Origin: Eledone cirrhosa
Taxonomy: Eukaryota
Length of the DNA stretch: 64,000 nucleotides
Reading direction: 5' to 3'
Assembly: GCA_964016885.1 (NCBI GenBank)
Contig: OZ024743.1
Coordinates: forward strand, 119,102,001-119,166,000
This document shows positions 1 to 11,651 of this stretch, piece by piece. The position numbers were made by a program, and so were the translations under genes. Every line of letters begins with the position of its first letter. Position 1 is the first letter of the stretch. The notes beneath the pieces were generated by a model. The model searched no databases. It was not told the origin of the DNA and saw only the letters and a program-made list of their open reading frames with translations.

Positions 1-273
1 CACTACAATAAAGGGAAAGCTATATTACATGTATTACACCTAGATATAACTGCCCGATATAAAGACGGAAAGGTCACGGCTAGAATGCCTTTGACCATAA
101 GTGTACTCTTTAAAGTGTAATCTGTGGATTAAACCTTACGCTTACTACATCACCGCATTACAACCGCCATCACCACTATATTAGTGTCATATTGACAAAC
201 CTCGGTTGCATTTCAATTCTTTGATTTGCTGCTTCAGTTGCTGCTGATGGTGATATCGCTGTCATATTAAGTG

Positions 274-347
<74 letters not shown>

Positions 348-668
348 CTTGTCACTCTGTCCCCCAATCATGGCCTAACCCCACTGCCTTTTCTTGTCTT
401 GTAATGACTGTCAGTCTAACAAATATCAAGATTACTAATTAGAGCGAACTAATTCAATTCCATCATATTACGAAAGCATGCAACCAAATGATCCTCCACA
501 CCGTTCTCATTCTCTAAAACCATTCATTGTTTCTTATTCGGTTTTCTTCAGCTCTTATTTTCTTTCTGGCATTCTTCCTTCCATTTATGATATATTTTTC
601 TTCTTTATATTAAAGTGTTTTCGGGAAGAGAGGATATGCGTCTGTTATTATTATAATAAATATTTATA

Positions 669-855
669 GGTGGATTGGCAGTATCGGTAGAGGGTCGGAC
701 ACCATGCTTTCCAGCATAGTTACGTCCCTTTACGATCTGAGTTCAAATCCCGCCGAGGTTGACTTTGCCTTTCATCCTCACGGGGTCGATAAAATAAAGT
801 ACCAGTAATGCACTAGGTAATTGCTGGCCTTGTGCCTAAAGTAGAAACAATTATT
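669..855 (+). mobile_element. tRNA-headed SINE (family S, short form), first unit of a tandem dimer
   Basis: Consensus GGTGGATTGGCAGTATCGGTAGAG...GAGTTCAAATCCC (A/B-box-like), core GCCTTTCATCCTTACGGGGTCGATAAAATAAAGTACCAG, tail GTAGAAACAATTATT; about 20 copies in the window. Confidence 0.9.
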
Positions 856-862
856 AATACTA

Positions 863-1054
863 AGGCGGTGGATTGGCAGTATCGGCAGAGGGTCGGACGC
901 CATGCTTTGACGCATAGAGTTACGGTCCTTGCCATTCTGAGTTCAAATCCCGCCGAGGTTTACTTTGCCTTTCATCCTTTCGGGCTCGATAAAATAAAGT
1001 ACCAGTAATGCACTGGGTAATTGCTGGCCTTGTGCCAAAAGTAGAAACAATTAT
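863..1054 (+). mobile_element. SINE family S, second unit of the dimer
   Basis: Full-length match to the window consensus starting AGGCGGTGGATTGGC. Confidence 0.9.
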
Positions 1055-1529
1055 AAATATTTGTACACCTAACAAAAACTTTGTTGACTTCTGCCCTTTC
1101 TTTTTCAACACAGGCACAAGTTTTCCAACACAAGTTTTGCGGGCTTGAAGCGCAGTCTATAACATTTTTAACTGATAAAGTTTTTAGCTGATAAATATCT
1201 TATCAACCACTCAAATACAATTATACCTACTTCCATACGAGTTCAATCTAGAAAACAAAGAAAATAAATACATAAGTAAATAAATAGAGAAATATATAAC
1301 TATTCTGAAGGCTTTGGTCGACAAATTATGTCACTTCTTGCTCAAAGTGCCAGGATGTAAGATCTATTATTGTGAAGAGATTTTCTTAAATGCATGGCCA
1401 CGCCTGCGACGATATCAGTAATCCATAATATAATTACTTACTATATGAACTGTCAGCGGTTTTCTACAGAAGTTAATTCACTTCTATTATGCGGCTGGCG
1501 ATGTTTTGAATTATAAATGTATTAAATAT

Positions 1530-1590
<61 letters not shown>

Positions 1591-2301
1591 CAGCAGCAGC
1601 AAAAGCAGCAACACAAGTTTCAGCCAACTCTGCAGGTGCAATCAAGTGCAGTGCACAAATGTAAACAAATGTTCATACAGTCTCCCTCCTGAGCAGAACA
1701 TGAAGGATCAGCTCGACTGGTTTCTTTCCTGTTTGAGACAGCTCTTTCAGGATCGCACAGGCGGCAGTCTTCTGTACTCAGAGATATTGTATATATAATC
1801 ACTATTATTAGGAACTTCTATCTGTGGAAAGTCATTGTATGTACTTAATGTCAGAATATTACCTTTCCACTAAGAAAGTTTATGTTTAAGGTTTGCTTTG
1901 AGAAGGCAACGTAGATACAATATCACTGTATATTGTTCTTCGTTGTCCTCACATAGTATCTTAACAACCTGCGTCTTGATAAGCACACGAGTTTTGTATG
2001 TTTTAAAGAAAATGTAACGCTTAAGAAAAACCTAACCTGCCACCCTGCTTAACACCATAACCGGGTTCCTGGATATTTTTCAGTGAAGTAGAATCTATTG
2101 CAAACACCTGACCAAATTACCGGTTTGAATATAACTTCTACCCTACATTCGAGTCATCGGATTTGGAGTCACGGGTGCTACACTACACCCTCCAAGAAGA
2201 AAAATGATCTCCATATAATCCGATTCTCTCTATTCTATAAATTCCAGATTTTGATTTACAAGCAAGCTCTGGATCGAAAACGGTTGAATGTTCCCCACCC
2301 A

Positions 2302-2339
<38 letters not shown>

Positions 2340-2369
2340 GTATGTTTGTGTATATATATATATAAACAT

Positions 2370-2417
<48 letters not shown>

Positions 2418-2419
2418 AT

Positions 2420-2481
<62 letters not shown>

Positions 2482-2501
2482 ATTTATATATATATATATA
2501 T

Positions 2502-2595
<94 letters not shown>

Positions 2596-2743
2596 TCACG
2601 TATTATATCATATCATACAGATAATATATCATTTGTCTGTTTCGAAATGGACTTTTTCCAATTATTATTATCACAATTAATATTATTATTATTATTTTGT
2701 TATTAAATGAGATATTTTCCATCATTTATTTATTAATCTTTGC

Positions 2744-2816
<73 letters not shown>

Positions 2817-3380
2817 TGTACATATGTATATATATATATATATATGGTATTTTTTTTAGATATATTCTGATTTAATTTTTGCTATTTGTTCCTATTTTCT
2901 ATCAATGTTTCAACTAAATTCGATAAATCGATTTTTATCAATGAATGCCAAGTAAAGGTCTTTTTTTTTTCTTATTATTTATCGGGGACAAAATGATTAA
3001 TATCTCAGTTGTTTTTCCCAATCACCTAGACTGACATTGTTACAATAAAAAGTTCGTTATAAATAGTCCTATAATGAAAAAAGATAGACTCTCTCCTCGA
3101 TAGAGACATTTAAGGAAACAGTTTCGATTCCTGGTTAATATTATGAATCAATATTTCTGACTACAATAAATGTATAATATTGAATTTTCTATCCGAGTCA
3201 AAAACGAAAAAAGAAAAAAAAAAAAAAACACCAACGACAACAAACAAACTTAAAAGCAATTGGTTGCAACTTTAAAGTGGGAAAGGGGTGGTAATTACCT
3301 AAATTCATGCAATATTACACTCTTAGCCCCTTTAAATCTCTCTCTCACTCTGTATATACATATATATATATATACATATA

Positions 3381-3584
3381 GGAACGAGTAGGACCCCGAC
3401 GGCTGAGCTCAAGCCGTTTCGACGGCTAATTCTGGACTAAATTCTGGACAGAAATAGCCGTCGAAACGGCTTGAGCTCAGCCGTCGGGGTCCTACTCGTT
3501 CCCATTACCCACTCTACTACCCTAAGTATTGAGTACTTTGGTGCGTTATGGTCCATCTGGTTCCTTACCACATTTCCTTCGTTA
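3381..3584 (+). mobile_element. Fold-back hammerhead-associated element family A (Penelope-like pLTR remnant) in (TA)n
   Basis: Inverted arms about 3381-3434/3449-3502; GAAA-CGGC-TTGAGCTCA-GCCG-TC (hammerhead 3' half); unique tail to 3584; TA tracts on both sides. Confidence 0.8.
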
Positions 3585-3610
3585 TATATATACTTATATA
3601 TATATATATA

Positions 3611-3655
<45 letters not shown>

Positions 3656-3825
3656 TCACTGACTCTGTATATATATGTATATATATATATATATATGAAT
3701 ATAAGAACGTTTTAATTCCTAAAGACTAAATAAACTATAATGTGAACCCTTATATGACTGGTAATTTTGGTTTAATTTGCCACATAGGTGAATTCATGAT
3801 GCTTATATAAAATGGTTTCCTAACA

Positions 3826-4003
3826 GGGCCAGCAATTCTTTTTTTTTGGGGGGGGGGGGGGGGGGGCGTTATTGGTACTTTATTTTATCGACCCCGTAAG
3901 GATGAAAGGCAAAGCTAACCTTGGCGGGATTTAAACTCTGAACGTAAAGGTCTGTAATTCTATGCGGCGATTCAGGGTGTCCGATGCTCTACCGTTTTGC
4001 CAA
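3826..4003 (-). mobile_element. SINE family S, diverged
   Basis: Reverse complement of the SINE core (TTTTATCGACCCCGTAAGGATGAAAGGCAAAG). Confidence 0.85.
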
Positions 4004-4008
4004 AAGAA

Positions 4009-4041
4009 TAAAATCCAAAGATCACTCGATAAGGCTTGTGC

Positions 4042-4086
<45 letters not shown>

Positions 4087-4137
4087 TGTATGTATAGTAT
4101 ATTTGGCAATGTACCGTATGTTTAATTAAAAACATTT
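4009..4137 (-). mobile_element. (TA)n-associated element family H fragments
   Basis: 4009-4042 is the reverse complement of the tail CCTTATCGAGTGATCTTTGGATTTTA (cf. 22153-22198, 52004-52040); 4082-4137 matches about 22076-22132. Confidence 0.55.
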
Positions 4138-4615
4138 AGCAGACTAAACGCTATCAGTTTTAAAGTAGTGACTATGTCACTTACTTCTTTTCATCGAAAG
4201 AAGGGAGAGAAGCTGACAGTCTGTTTCACGCTGGTTGGCGTTCATGAGAGCCACGTACTCCCCTGCTTTCGCCGAAAATTATAGAAGCTGGATTCTTATA
4301 GAATTCTACCCGTAGAGCAAATATTTATTACTAGTACAGATGAAAATGTTAAGCAATGATTTTCTGCTTTCACCCTCAGCTTGCATTTTCATATGTAGCA
4401 ATGTCATATCTATAAACAGGTTTGCGGTCGAGTTCGTAGCAGTGGAGACCTCTAGGACCACTTCCTAACTCACTACCATCGGCAAGAAGTTAGCCACCCG
4501 CGCATCTCCCTCACCGTCCTCCGTGGAAAAGCCTTCTCTGTTCTGTTCACCGGGGCCGCGGGCGACCAGCGCATGGACCCACATTTGCTTACATTATGAC
4601 TGTATGGCGCTTGAG

Positions 4616-4790
4616 GGCGCTGGATTGGCAGTATCGGTAGAGAGTGGGACACCATGCTTTGCAAATTCTGCCGAGGTTACATCCTTACGGAGTCGATAAA
4701 ATAAAGTACCAGTCACACAATGGGGTCCATTTAATCGACTTTCCCTTTCCCCACAATTGCTGGCCTTGTGCCTATATATGAAACCATTAT
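4616..4790 (+). mobile_element. SINE family S long form with internal deletions
   Basis: Head and core present, plus the long-form segment GGGGTCCATTTAATCGACTTTCCC. Confidence 0.8.
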
Positions 4791-6171
4791 GATATTAACT
4801 CATAACATCCTGTACCACATGAAACCACATTAATTAGCAGAGTGAGGATAGAAAGAGGGAAATTTACCGTTAGGCTGAAAAGGAGAAATAGTAAACAGAA
4901 AAAAAAGAAGATAAGGAATTTAAAAAAAATGAAAGTAAAGGCAGAAAACAAAAATAGATATATATTTCTGGAGAGAAAAAGAACCAGACTTTTCTGAAAG
5001 TTTTGTAACAAAACAAAATACTCTTAAAATGTTGATAAAAACAATATAAAATTCACCGAATAAAAAACAAGAGCAAATAAATCTTTAAAGAAAACAACAA
5101 GAACGACAACAAAACTGACATCAACAAGAACAAAAACAAAGACAACAAAACTAACAAGAACAAAAAAAAACGACAACGCCGGCGACGACAATAAAAGGAG
5201 GCGGTCGGTTGTCGTTGAAAGGCCAGCCCTGTTGTCTAACGTAGCAGACATCATGACAGGTCACACAGTGAGAGAGAACACGTAGTAAAGAGTGGGAGAT
5301 AGAAGAAGTAGGAGGAGAAAAAAAGTGTGAAAGTCTGCTGTTGGTAGCTGAGAGGGTGGGAGAGAAAGAAAGAAAAAAAAAAGACTGAAGGAGGAGAGGG
5401 GTAAAGAGTCGAAGCAGGAGTAGCTAAGTCAAAGAGGGAGTAAAATAAGACAAAGAATGGGGAAATAACTGAGGAAGATAGAGCTTTAGATTTAGTGCAC
5501 GCCCCAATAAGCCCAAGGAAAACACGCAAGTATTCATGTACACACACAGACGTAAACATATTTGCACTCACGCACGCATTGATCACTAAAGTGGCACACG
5601 TACATACACATACACGAGCTAATGAAAATAATTTAGGTGATTGCGCGAAGAACGCCTCAAATCACGCCATACACGTTATAAGAAAGAAGGGGTACATTTC
5701 TTAAGTGGGCCTCTGTGGCCCTGCGAAAAAGACGAGATGTTCAGTGCAGGAACGTCTTTCACTAATGACAATACCGTCAAGGTCAGCCTGAGGCAAAATT
5801 GGTGCAATACACGCACACACACACACACACACACACAAAGCGGAAGAAAAAGTAATCAATAGACAGTACCCCTTATTTATAGTTTTGGTATTGTTTAAAG
5901 TTTTTTCAAGTTACATTGAGTTGTTTATTAATTAAAGATATTATAAGTAAAGATATTATAATTAAAGATATTATACCCAGGAATATGGCATTGTCTTCCC
6001 ATTTTTTCAGGCATAATGTAAGAATTATATCGTCCAACGTGCCCATCGGCTTCAGACATGTCCACTCCAGTTTTCTCGCTCACATGCATGAATCACAAAT
6101 ATGTGTGTTTATACACACACATACACACACACACATATATATATGTGTGTGTGTATATATATATGTATATA

Positions 6172-6252
6172 GTAATAATAATAAATTTGAAGACTAAAAT
6201 CCAACGAAAGCAGCGATTCTTTGCTTAAACTTTAATCTGTTATTTTAATAAA
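6172..6252 (-). mobile_element. Family H element (inverted tail joined to GAAAGCAGCG arm) in (TA)n
   Basis: 6172-6204 matches the reverse complement of 52004-52040; 6206-6252 matches the reverse complement of 50668-50714. Confidence 0.65.
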
Positions 6253-6254
6253 TA

Positions 6255-6319
<65 letters not shown>

Positions 6320-6321
<2 letters not shown>

Positions 6322-6436
6322 TTCTCCCGAATGAAACAGTTCTGTAGAAGCCATTTCTAGATTAAATTATTTATACACAACTATGTATTGAGTACCTTAC
6401 TTACTGTGGTTACCTCCGATTTAACCCGGGATAAAC
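6320..6436 (+). mobile_element. Family B element, 5' truncated, in (TA)n
   Basis: Matches 14913-15035 including the tail GTATTGAGTACCTTACTTACTGTGGTTACC. Confidence 0.8.
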
Positions 6437-6437
6437 A

Positions 6438-6504
<67 letters not shown>

Positions 6505-6505
<1 letters not shown>

Positions 6506-6893
6506 GATATTAATAAATGGAAACTATATTTATAAAACCATATTTATTTCATTATACATATTTCAGGGATACCAAATTAAATTATGGTATGCCTTCATCA
6601 GACAAAATACAATATATAACAGTTTTGGATGGCTTCCAAAAATAATGGTTGCATTTTAAAAGGGTACGTCAAAGCTTATTTGTAAAACTGTTATATATTG
6701 TATTTTGTCTGATGAAGGCATACCATAAATTAATTTGGTATCCCTGAAATATGTATAATGAAATAAATATGGTTTCATAAATATAGTTTCCATTTATTAA
6801 TATCGTATATCTACTCCAAATACTTGTCGAGTGCTTTATATCAGTTATAAAAATATTTACTTGTTGTATCCCAACAATTTTAAATAGAACTTT

Positions 6894-6897
<4 letters not shown>
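6505..6897 (+). mobile_element. Family C fold-back hammerhead element in (TA)n
   Basis: About 122-bp inverted arms 6505-6626/6684-6805; CTGATGA 6709, GAAA 6746, TATGTA-TA; tail contains TACTCC...GAGTGC; homologous to 41640-42089. Confidence 0.85.
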
Positions 6898-6972
<75 letters not shown>

Positions 6973-7122
6973 AATTACATAAACGGAGAAAGCTATTAGC
7001 GATACTCACTCAACAAACATTAGGAAATACCGGAGTATATTCCCAATTAAACGTTTGGGGTGCTAACTATATCGTATTGTGTGGATAATTGGCTGTATTA
7101 TTTTATATGAGATATATTAAAT

Positions 7123-7162
<40 letters not shown>

Positions 7163-7164
<2 letters not shown>

Positions 7165-7312
7165 AAAAAGTATGACCCCGACGGCAGAGCTCAAGCCATT
7201 TCGACGTCCAGAAATACCCGTCGAAACGGCTTGAGCTCTACCGTTGGGGTCATACTTTTTGCTATTTCCCACTCTACTACCCTACGTATTGAGTACCACA
7301 ATTCCTTCGTTA
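7163..7312 (+). mobile_element. Family A fold-back element with internal tail deletion
   Basis: Inverted arms around GTCGAAACGGCTTGAGCTC; tail deleted at a TAC microhomology; flanked by TA. Confidence 0.8.
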
Positions 7313-7412
7313 TATACATATATATATACATGTATATATATAATAAGGACGCTAGTAACGGCATTAGGCGCATTGGCCAGTGCACCGCATGTAACTATAG
7401 TTACACAAATAC

Positions 7413-7453
<41 letters not shown>

Positions 7454-7721
7454 AGAGAGAGAGAGAGAGCGAGCAGGAGAGAATAGATAGATAGATAAAT
7501 AAAGAGAGAGGGGTGGGGTGAGATGTGTAGATAAATAAAGAGATAGATAGATCGAAACACGAGCAAATCAACTTTATGCATATTTTGTTTATACAATGTT
7601 CGAATTCATTTTTTCCGTATTTATTTCACATAAGTCACTACTTTCTAATTAGATATAGATGTCTCTTAGTAAACTAAATTCAGAATTAGAAGTATTAATC
7701 AGCTAAATATGTTTTATTATT

Positions 7722-7856
7722 CAGCATAGAGTTACGGCGCTTTACGGTCTGAGTTCACATCCGGCCGAGGTTAAATTTGCCTTTCCTCCTTAAAATAAAG
7801 TACCAGAAATGCACTGGGATAATTGCTGACCTTGTGCCAAAAGTAGAAATTATTAT
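7722..7856 (+). mobile_element. SINE family S, truncated/diverged
   Basis: B-box and tail match the consensus. Confidence 0.75.
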
Positions 7857-8112
7857 AAAAAATGTTTTTTTAATCGTAAACAAATTATTTCAAATAACAA
7901 CAAAACTACAGATGTTTAAAAAGGGGAAATGAAAGGAGGAGCAAGGCCTCTTGATTCACAGAAGAATAGGAGGGGAAAGAGGGAGGGTGATGGGCTCTTG
8001 GCCTAGGGCGCGGTGGTGGTGGTGGTGCTGCACCCTGCGGACAAGACCGCGAAAGCATTAAGTTGTTTTGTGAAGTTCAGATGTGCCTAGTTACCACTGC
8101 ACGCGCGCGCAT

Positions 8113-8153
<41 letters not shown>

Positions 8154-8155
8154 CA

Positions 8156-8238
<83 letters not shown>

Positions 8239-8550
8239 GCGCACGCGCGCGCAAAACACACTAACTCACATTTGTGTGCATACGTATGTGGATATATTCT
8301 TACTTGAATGTATACCCGTATATATACGTACTTGCTGGCGTTCTAATATATGTGTGTTTACACATTATATATATATATATGGAGGAAGTTATAGTTCACT
8401 TGAAGCATTGTGTAATGAGGTATAAACGTTTGTATTTGCATTTATATTCTATGTCCATACCTGCATTGTTTTGACTTTACAAATACAAACGTATATATAT
8501 ATATATATATATTTCTTTTCTTTTCAATGGCTGACAATAACTTACCGGCG

Positions 8551-8710
8551 CCACATGGACACACTAGAAGAGGAAGACCAAGGTTAACATATGTTGATGC
8601 CCTAAGAACAGACACTGGTCTGTTGGAGATGCAGGATATGGCAGCGATAATGAGGGACAGAGACCGCTGGAGAGAACTCGTCCATGGATCTCGGGAATTT
8701 TACCCGCCTT

Positions 8711-8712
<2 letters not shown>
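8551..8712 (+). mobile_element. RTE-clade LINE 3' terminal fragment ending directly in (TA)n
   Basis: Translates HGHTRRGRPRLTYVDAL...RDRDRWRELV (RTE C-terminal motifs); near-identical to 38847-39005 on minus. Confidence 0.8.
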
Positions 8713-8753
<41 letters not shown>

Positions 8754-8754
<1 letters not shown>

Positions 8755-8947
8755 CAAAATGTTCAAGAACCCGACGGCAGAGCTCAAGCCATTTCGACGG
8801 CTATTTCTAGTCCAGAAATAGCCGTCGAAACGAATTGAGCTCTGCCGTCGGGGTCTTGAACATTTTCCTATTACCCACTCTACTACTCAAAGTATTGAGT
8901 ACTCTGGTGCGTTATGGTCCACCTGGTTCCTTACCACACTTCCTTCG

Positions 8948-8950
<3 letters not shown>
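8754..8950 (+). mobile_element. Family A fold-back element in (TA)n
   Basis: Arms share the copy-specific AAAATGTTCAAG/CTTGAACATTTT; centre GACGGCTATTTCT-agtcc-AGAAATAGCCGTC-GAAA. Confidence 0.8.
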
Positions 8951-9006
<56 letters not shown>

Positions 9007-9013
<7 letters not shown>

Positions 9014-9786
9014 AAGTTAAATAAAAGTCAAATGATTAAAATTTAGCTTCGTTTATTACTGCTATATATATTTCAGTGACAGCCATCTTTGGCTGTGACC
9101 TCTTCAGGCAGTTTGAATTAGTATCGTATAGACAAGTACATATGTTGTTTAGGTGTATAATATTGTCAATACTCTGATATGCCCAGTTCCTTGTTGGGTT
9201 GTTAATTCACCGAGGAACTGGAGTCATATGAATTCAAAAAAACGAATTTCAGTGTCAAAGGTCCTCTTCTCCTCTCATTGGTCAGTTATTAGAACATTCC
9301 TCATTCTAAGTGTTGTTATTGTTGGAGTTAGCTTAAAAATTGATAAAATGGTAGAAGGGACAAGGTGTTAAAGGAACAAAATAACAAAAAAAGTGTCAAA
9401 CTTCCCATTGGTCAGTTCTGAGAGCATTCCTCAGTCAGAAGTCTATAGAATTCTTTCTGGGGTGAGGCTCCCTGTAGTGTTTTTGCCTGGTATTGTTCAG
9501 TACATTTGACCTCTACCATTATTTTGGTAGTGTTGTTGGTGTTGTGGTCAGCTTATATCTTGCTGCTGTTAACAATTTAGAAGTATCCAAAAAAAAAAAC
9601 CAAAAAAAACCCCACAAACTGTATACTTCTGAAGAGGTCACAGCCAAAGATGGCTGTCACTGAAATATATATAGCAGTAATAAACGAAGCTAAATGTTAA
9701 TCATTTGACTTTTATTTAACTATATTTTACACTACTCCGGAGTAACCAAACCAACCTGCGCACTTCGTCGAGTGCTCCAACCTGCA
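9007..9786. mobile_element. Family D element: about 100-bp inverted arms each carrying a hammerhead core, about 520-bp spacer, 3' tail
   Basis: Arms 9007-9107/9629-9729; CTGAAGA-GGTCACAGCCA-aaga-TGGCTGTCACT-GAAA-TATATA-TA-GCAGT. Confidence 0.8.
9057..9112 (-). ncRNA. Type I hammerhead ribozyme motif (complete)
   Basis: Minus strand reads ACTGC CTGAAGA [stem II] GAAA TATATA TA GCAGT; stem I ACTGC/GCAGT closes the core. Confidence 0.75.
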
Positions 9787-9986
9787 TATGTTTGTGTTAA
9801 TGTAGAGGTGTATACAGCAACACACAATGATGGTTATATATATTTCTATAGGCAAAACTATATTCACAACTACATACTCTCAATAGTTAAATGTTTAGCA
9901 TATATAGACACTGATATACAAAATTCACACCTTTCCTCGTACACATATACATACATTTTACATACATTTACATTATGTTGTGTCTT

Positions 9987-10267
<281 letters not shown>

Positions 10268-10278
10268 TATATATATAA

Positions 10279-10520
10279 GCATGGCTTAGTGGTTAGAGCA
10301 TTGGGCTTGCAATCGAAAGGCTGTGAGTTCAATTCTCGGACCGGGTGATGTGTTGTTTCGTTTAGCAAGACACTTTATTTCACGTTGCTCCAGTTTACTC
10401 AGCTGTAGAAATGAATACCGGCCTGTCCGCCCAGCCAGTGGGATGGCGTTATGGCTAAAACGCCACGACGTGCTGTGAGTGGCGGCGCCGATTAGCGCCC
10501 GACAGACTGGTCGGTCAAGG
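10279..10520 (+). mobile_element. Second tRNA-derived SINE family
   Basis: TGGCTTAGTGG (A box), GAGTTCAATTC (B box), then AGCAAGACACTTTATTTCACGTTGCTCCAG core; 3' boundary approximate. Confidence 0.7.
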
Positions 10521-10617
10521 TGATATATATGTTATATTGATATTGTGTAGATGAAATATCGTGTAAGAAGTAAATTTTGTTTTTGAATGTATTGCCTCCG
10601 TGTCCATTTATTTTGCT

Positions 10618-10656
<39 letters not shown>

Positions 10657-11487
10657 TTGTGTGTGTAAATATGCGTGTATATTATTTGATAATTCCACCA
10701 TATTTGGAAATCACACTGAGATATATGCTTCACTGATGAGGTCGGAATAATATTCAAACATATAACTTTATTATATCCCCCCTCCAAATATTTTGTAAAT
10801 GCTGTTTGCCAGTCCTTCTACACTGGGTCAGCAAAAAAGTTGAATTCTTCTTTCTTATTAATTTATTTCTACTACGAAAATGTATTAAAAGTAGCACTAA
10901 CATATTCAATGTGTTTATATATAATAAACATGTCTCGCTATGAGTGTTTTAAGCTTTGATCATGTCACAACTGTCTGTGTAGATGTGTGAGAAAACCAAA
11001 AACTAATGTTACAGAGTTGTTTATCCATCATCAATGAGGCTTACTCACTCAGTACTATGATAAGAGCAAGCTATAGTTTATACAATTTTTGCTGAAGTTC
11101 ATTTGCATATAATGCGAGGTTAATTAGAAGTAGGTCTAGCTGGGGTTAATTAGAAGTAGGTCTAATATAACGGGATTCATTGTAGAGACGTATATGAAGG
11201 CATATACGGTATAAGTCTCGTTGATTTAAGCAGTGATCATGCCACAGATATAGCTGAGTGAGATGGCCAGACTCTAGTGTTTCAGGTTTTCTAGTCATAA
11301 TCAATGAGGTTTACTCACTTGTTTCTAAAATGTGAATAATCTATAGCTTATATACTTTATGAATCATGATTAGTGCTACTACTATTTTTTCAAAATGTGT
11401 AAAGCACGCACTGTATGTAAATGAACTTCTCCAACAGATGTTTTATAGATAAAAACATATAAGCTATAGCTTATTCCTTTCTCAGAG

Positions 11488-11651
11488 CAGGGTCATGGGC
11501 AAACTGTGGCTCTTGAGCCGCATGTAGTCTGGTTGGTTTTCTGGATGGCACGCCTAATTTCAAATTGCCTTGAATTTTTTAGTAGTGCAGCCCGCCTTAT
11601 AATGAATCACATCCTATGCGGCCACTGTTCGAAACGTGTTGCCCATGCCTG
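11488..11651. mobile_element. hAT/Charlie-like MITE
   Basis: Termini CAGGGTCATGGGCAA...TTGCCCATGCCTG with subterminal GCGGCC/GCCGC motifs; TSD not preserved. Confidence 0.6.

Noticed and set aside
920-1117. Recurrent peptide STFGTRPAITQCITGTLFYRPRKDERQS in several ORFs
   Set aside because: It is the antisense translation of the SINE, not a gene family
1620-1802. Cys-rich 60-aa ORF as a possible exon
   Set aside because: No recognisable domain or splice support
10279-10345. tRNA gene
   Set aside because: A/B boxes are present, but no clean cloverleaf forms and the sequence continues into a SINE body
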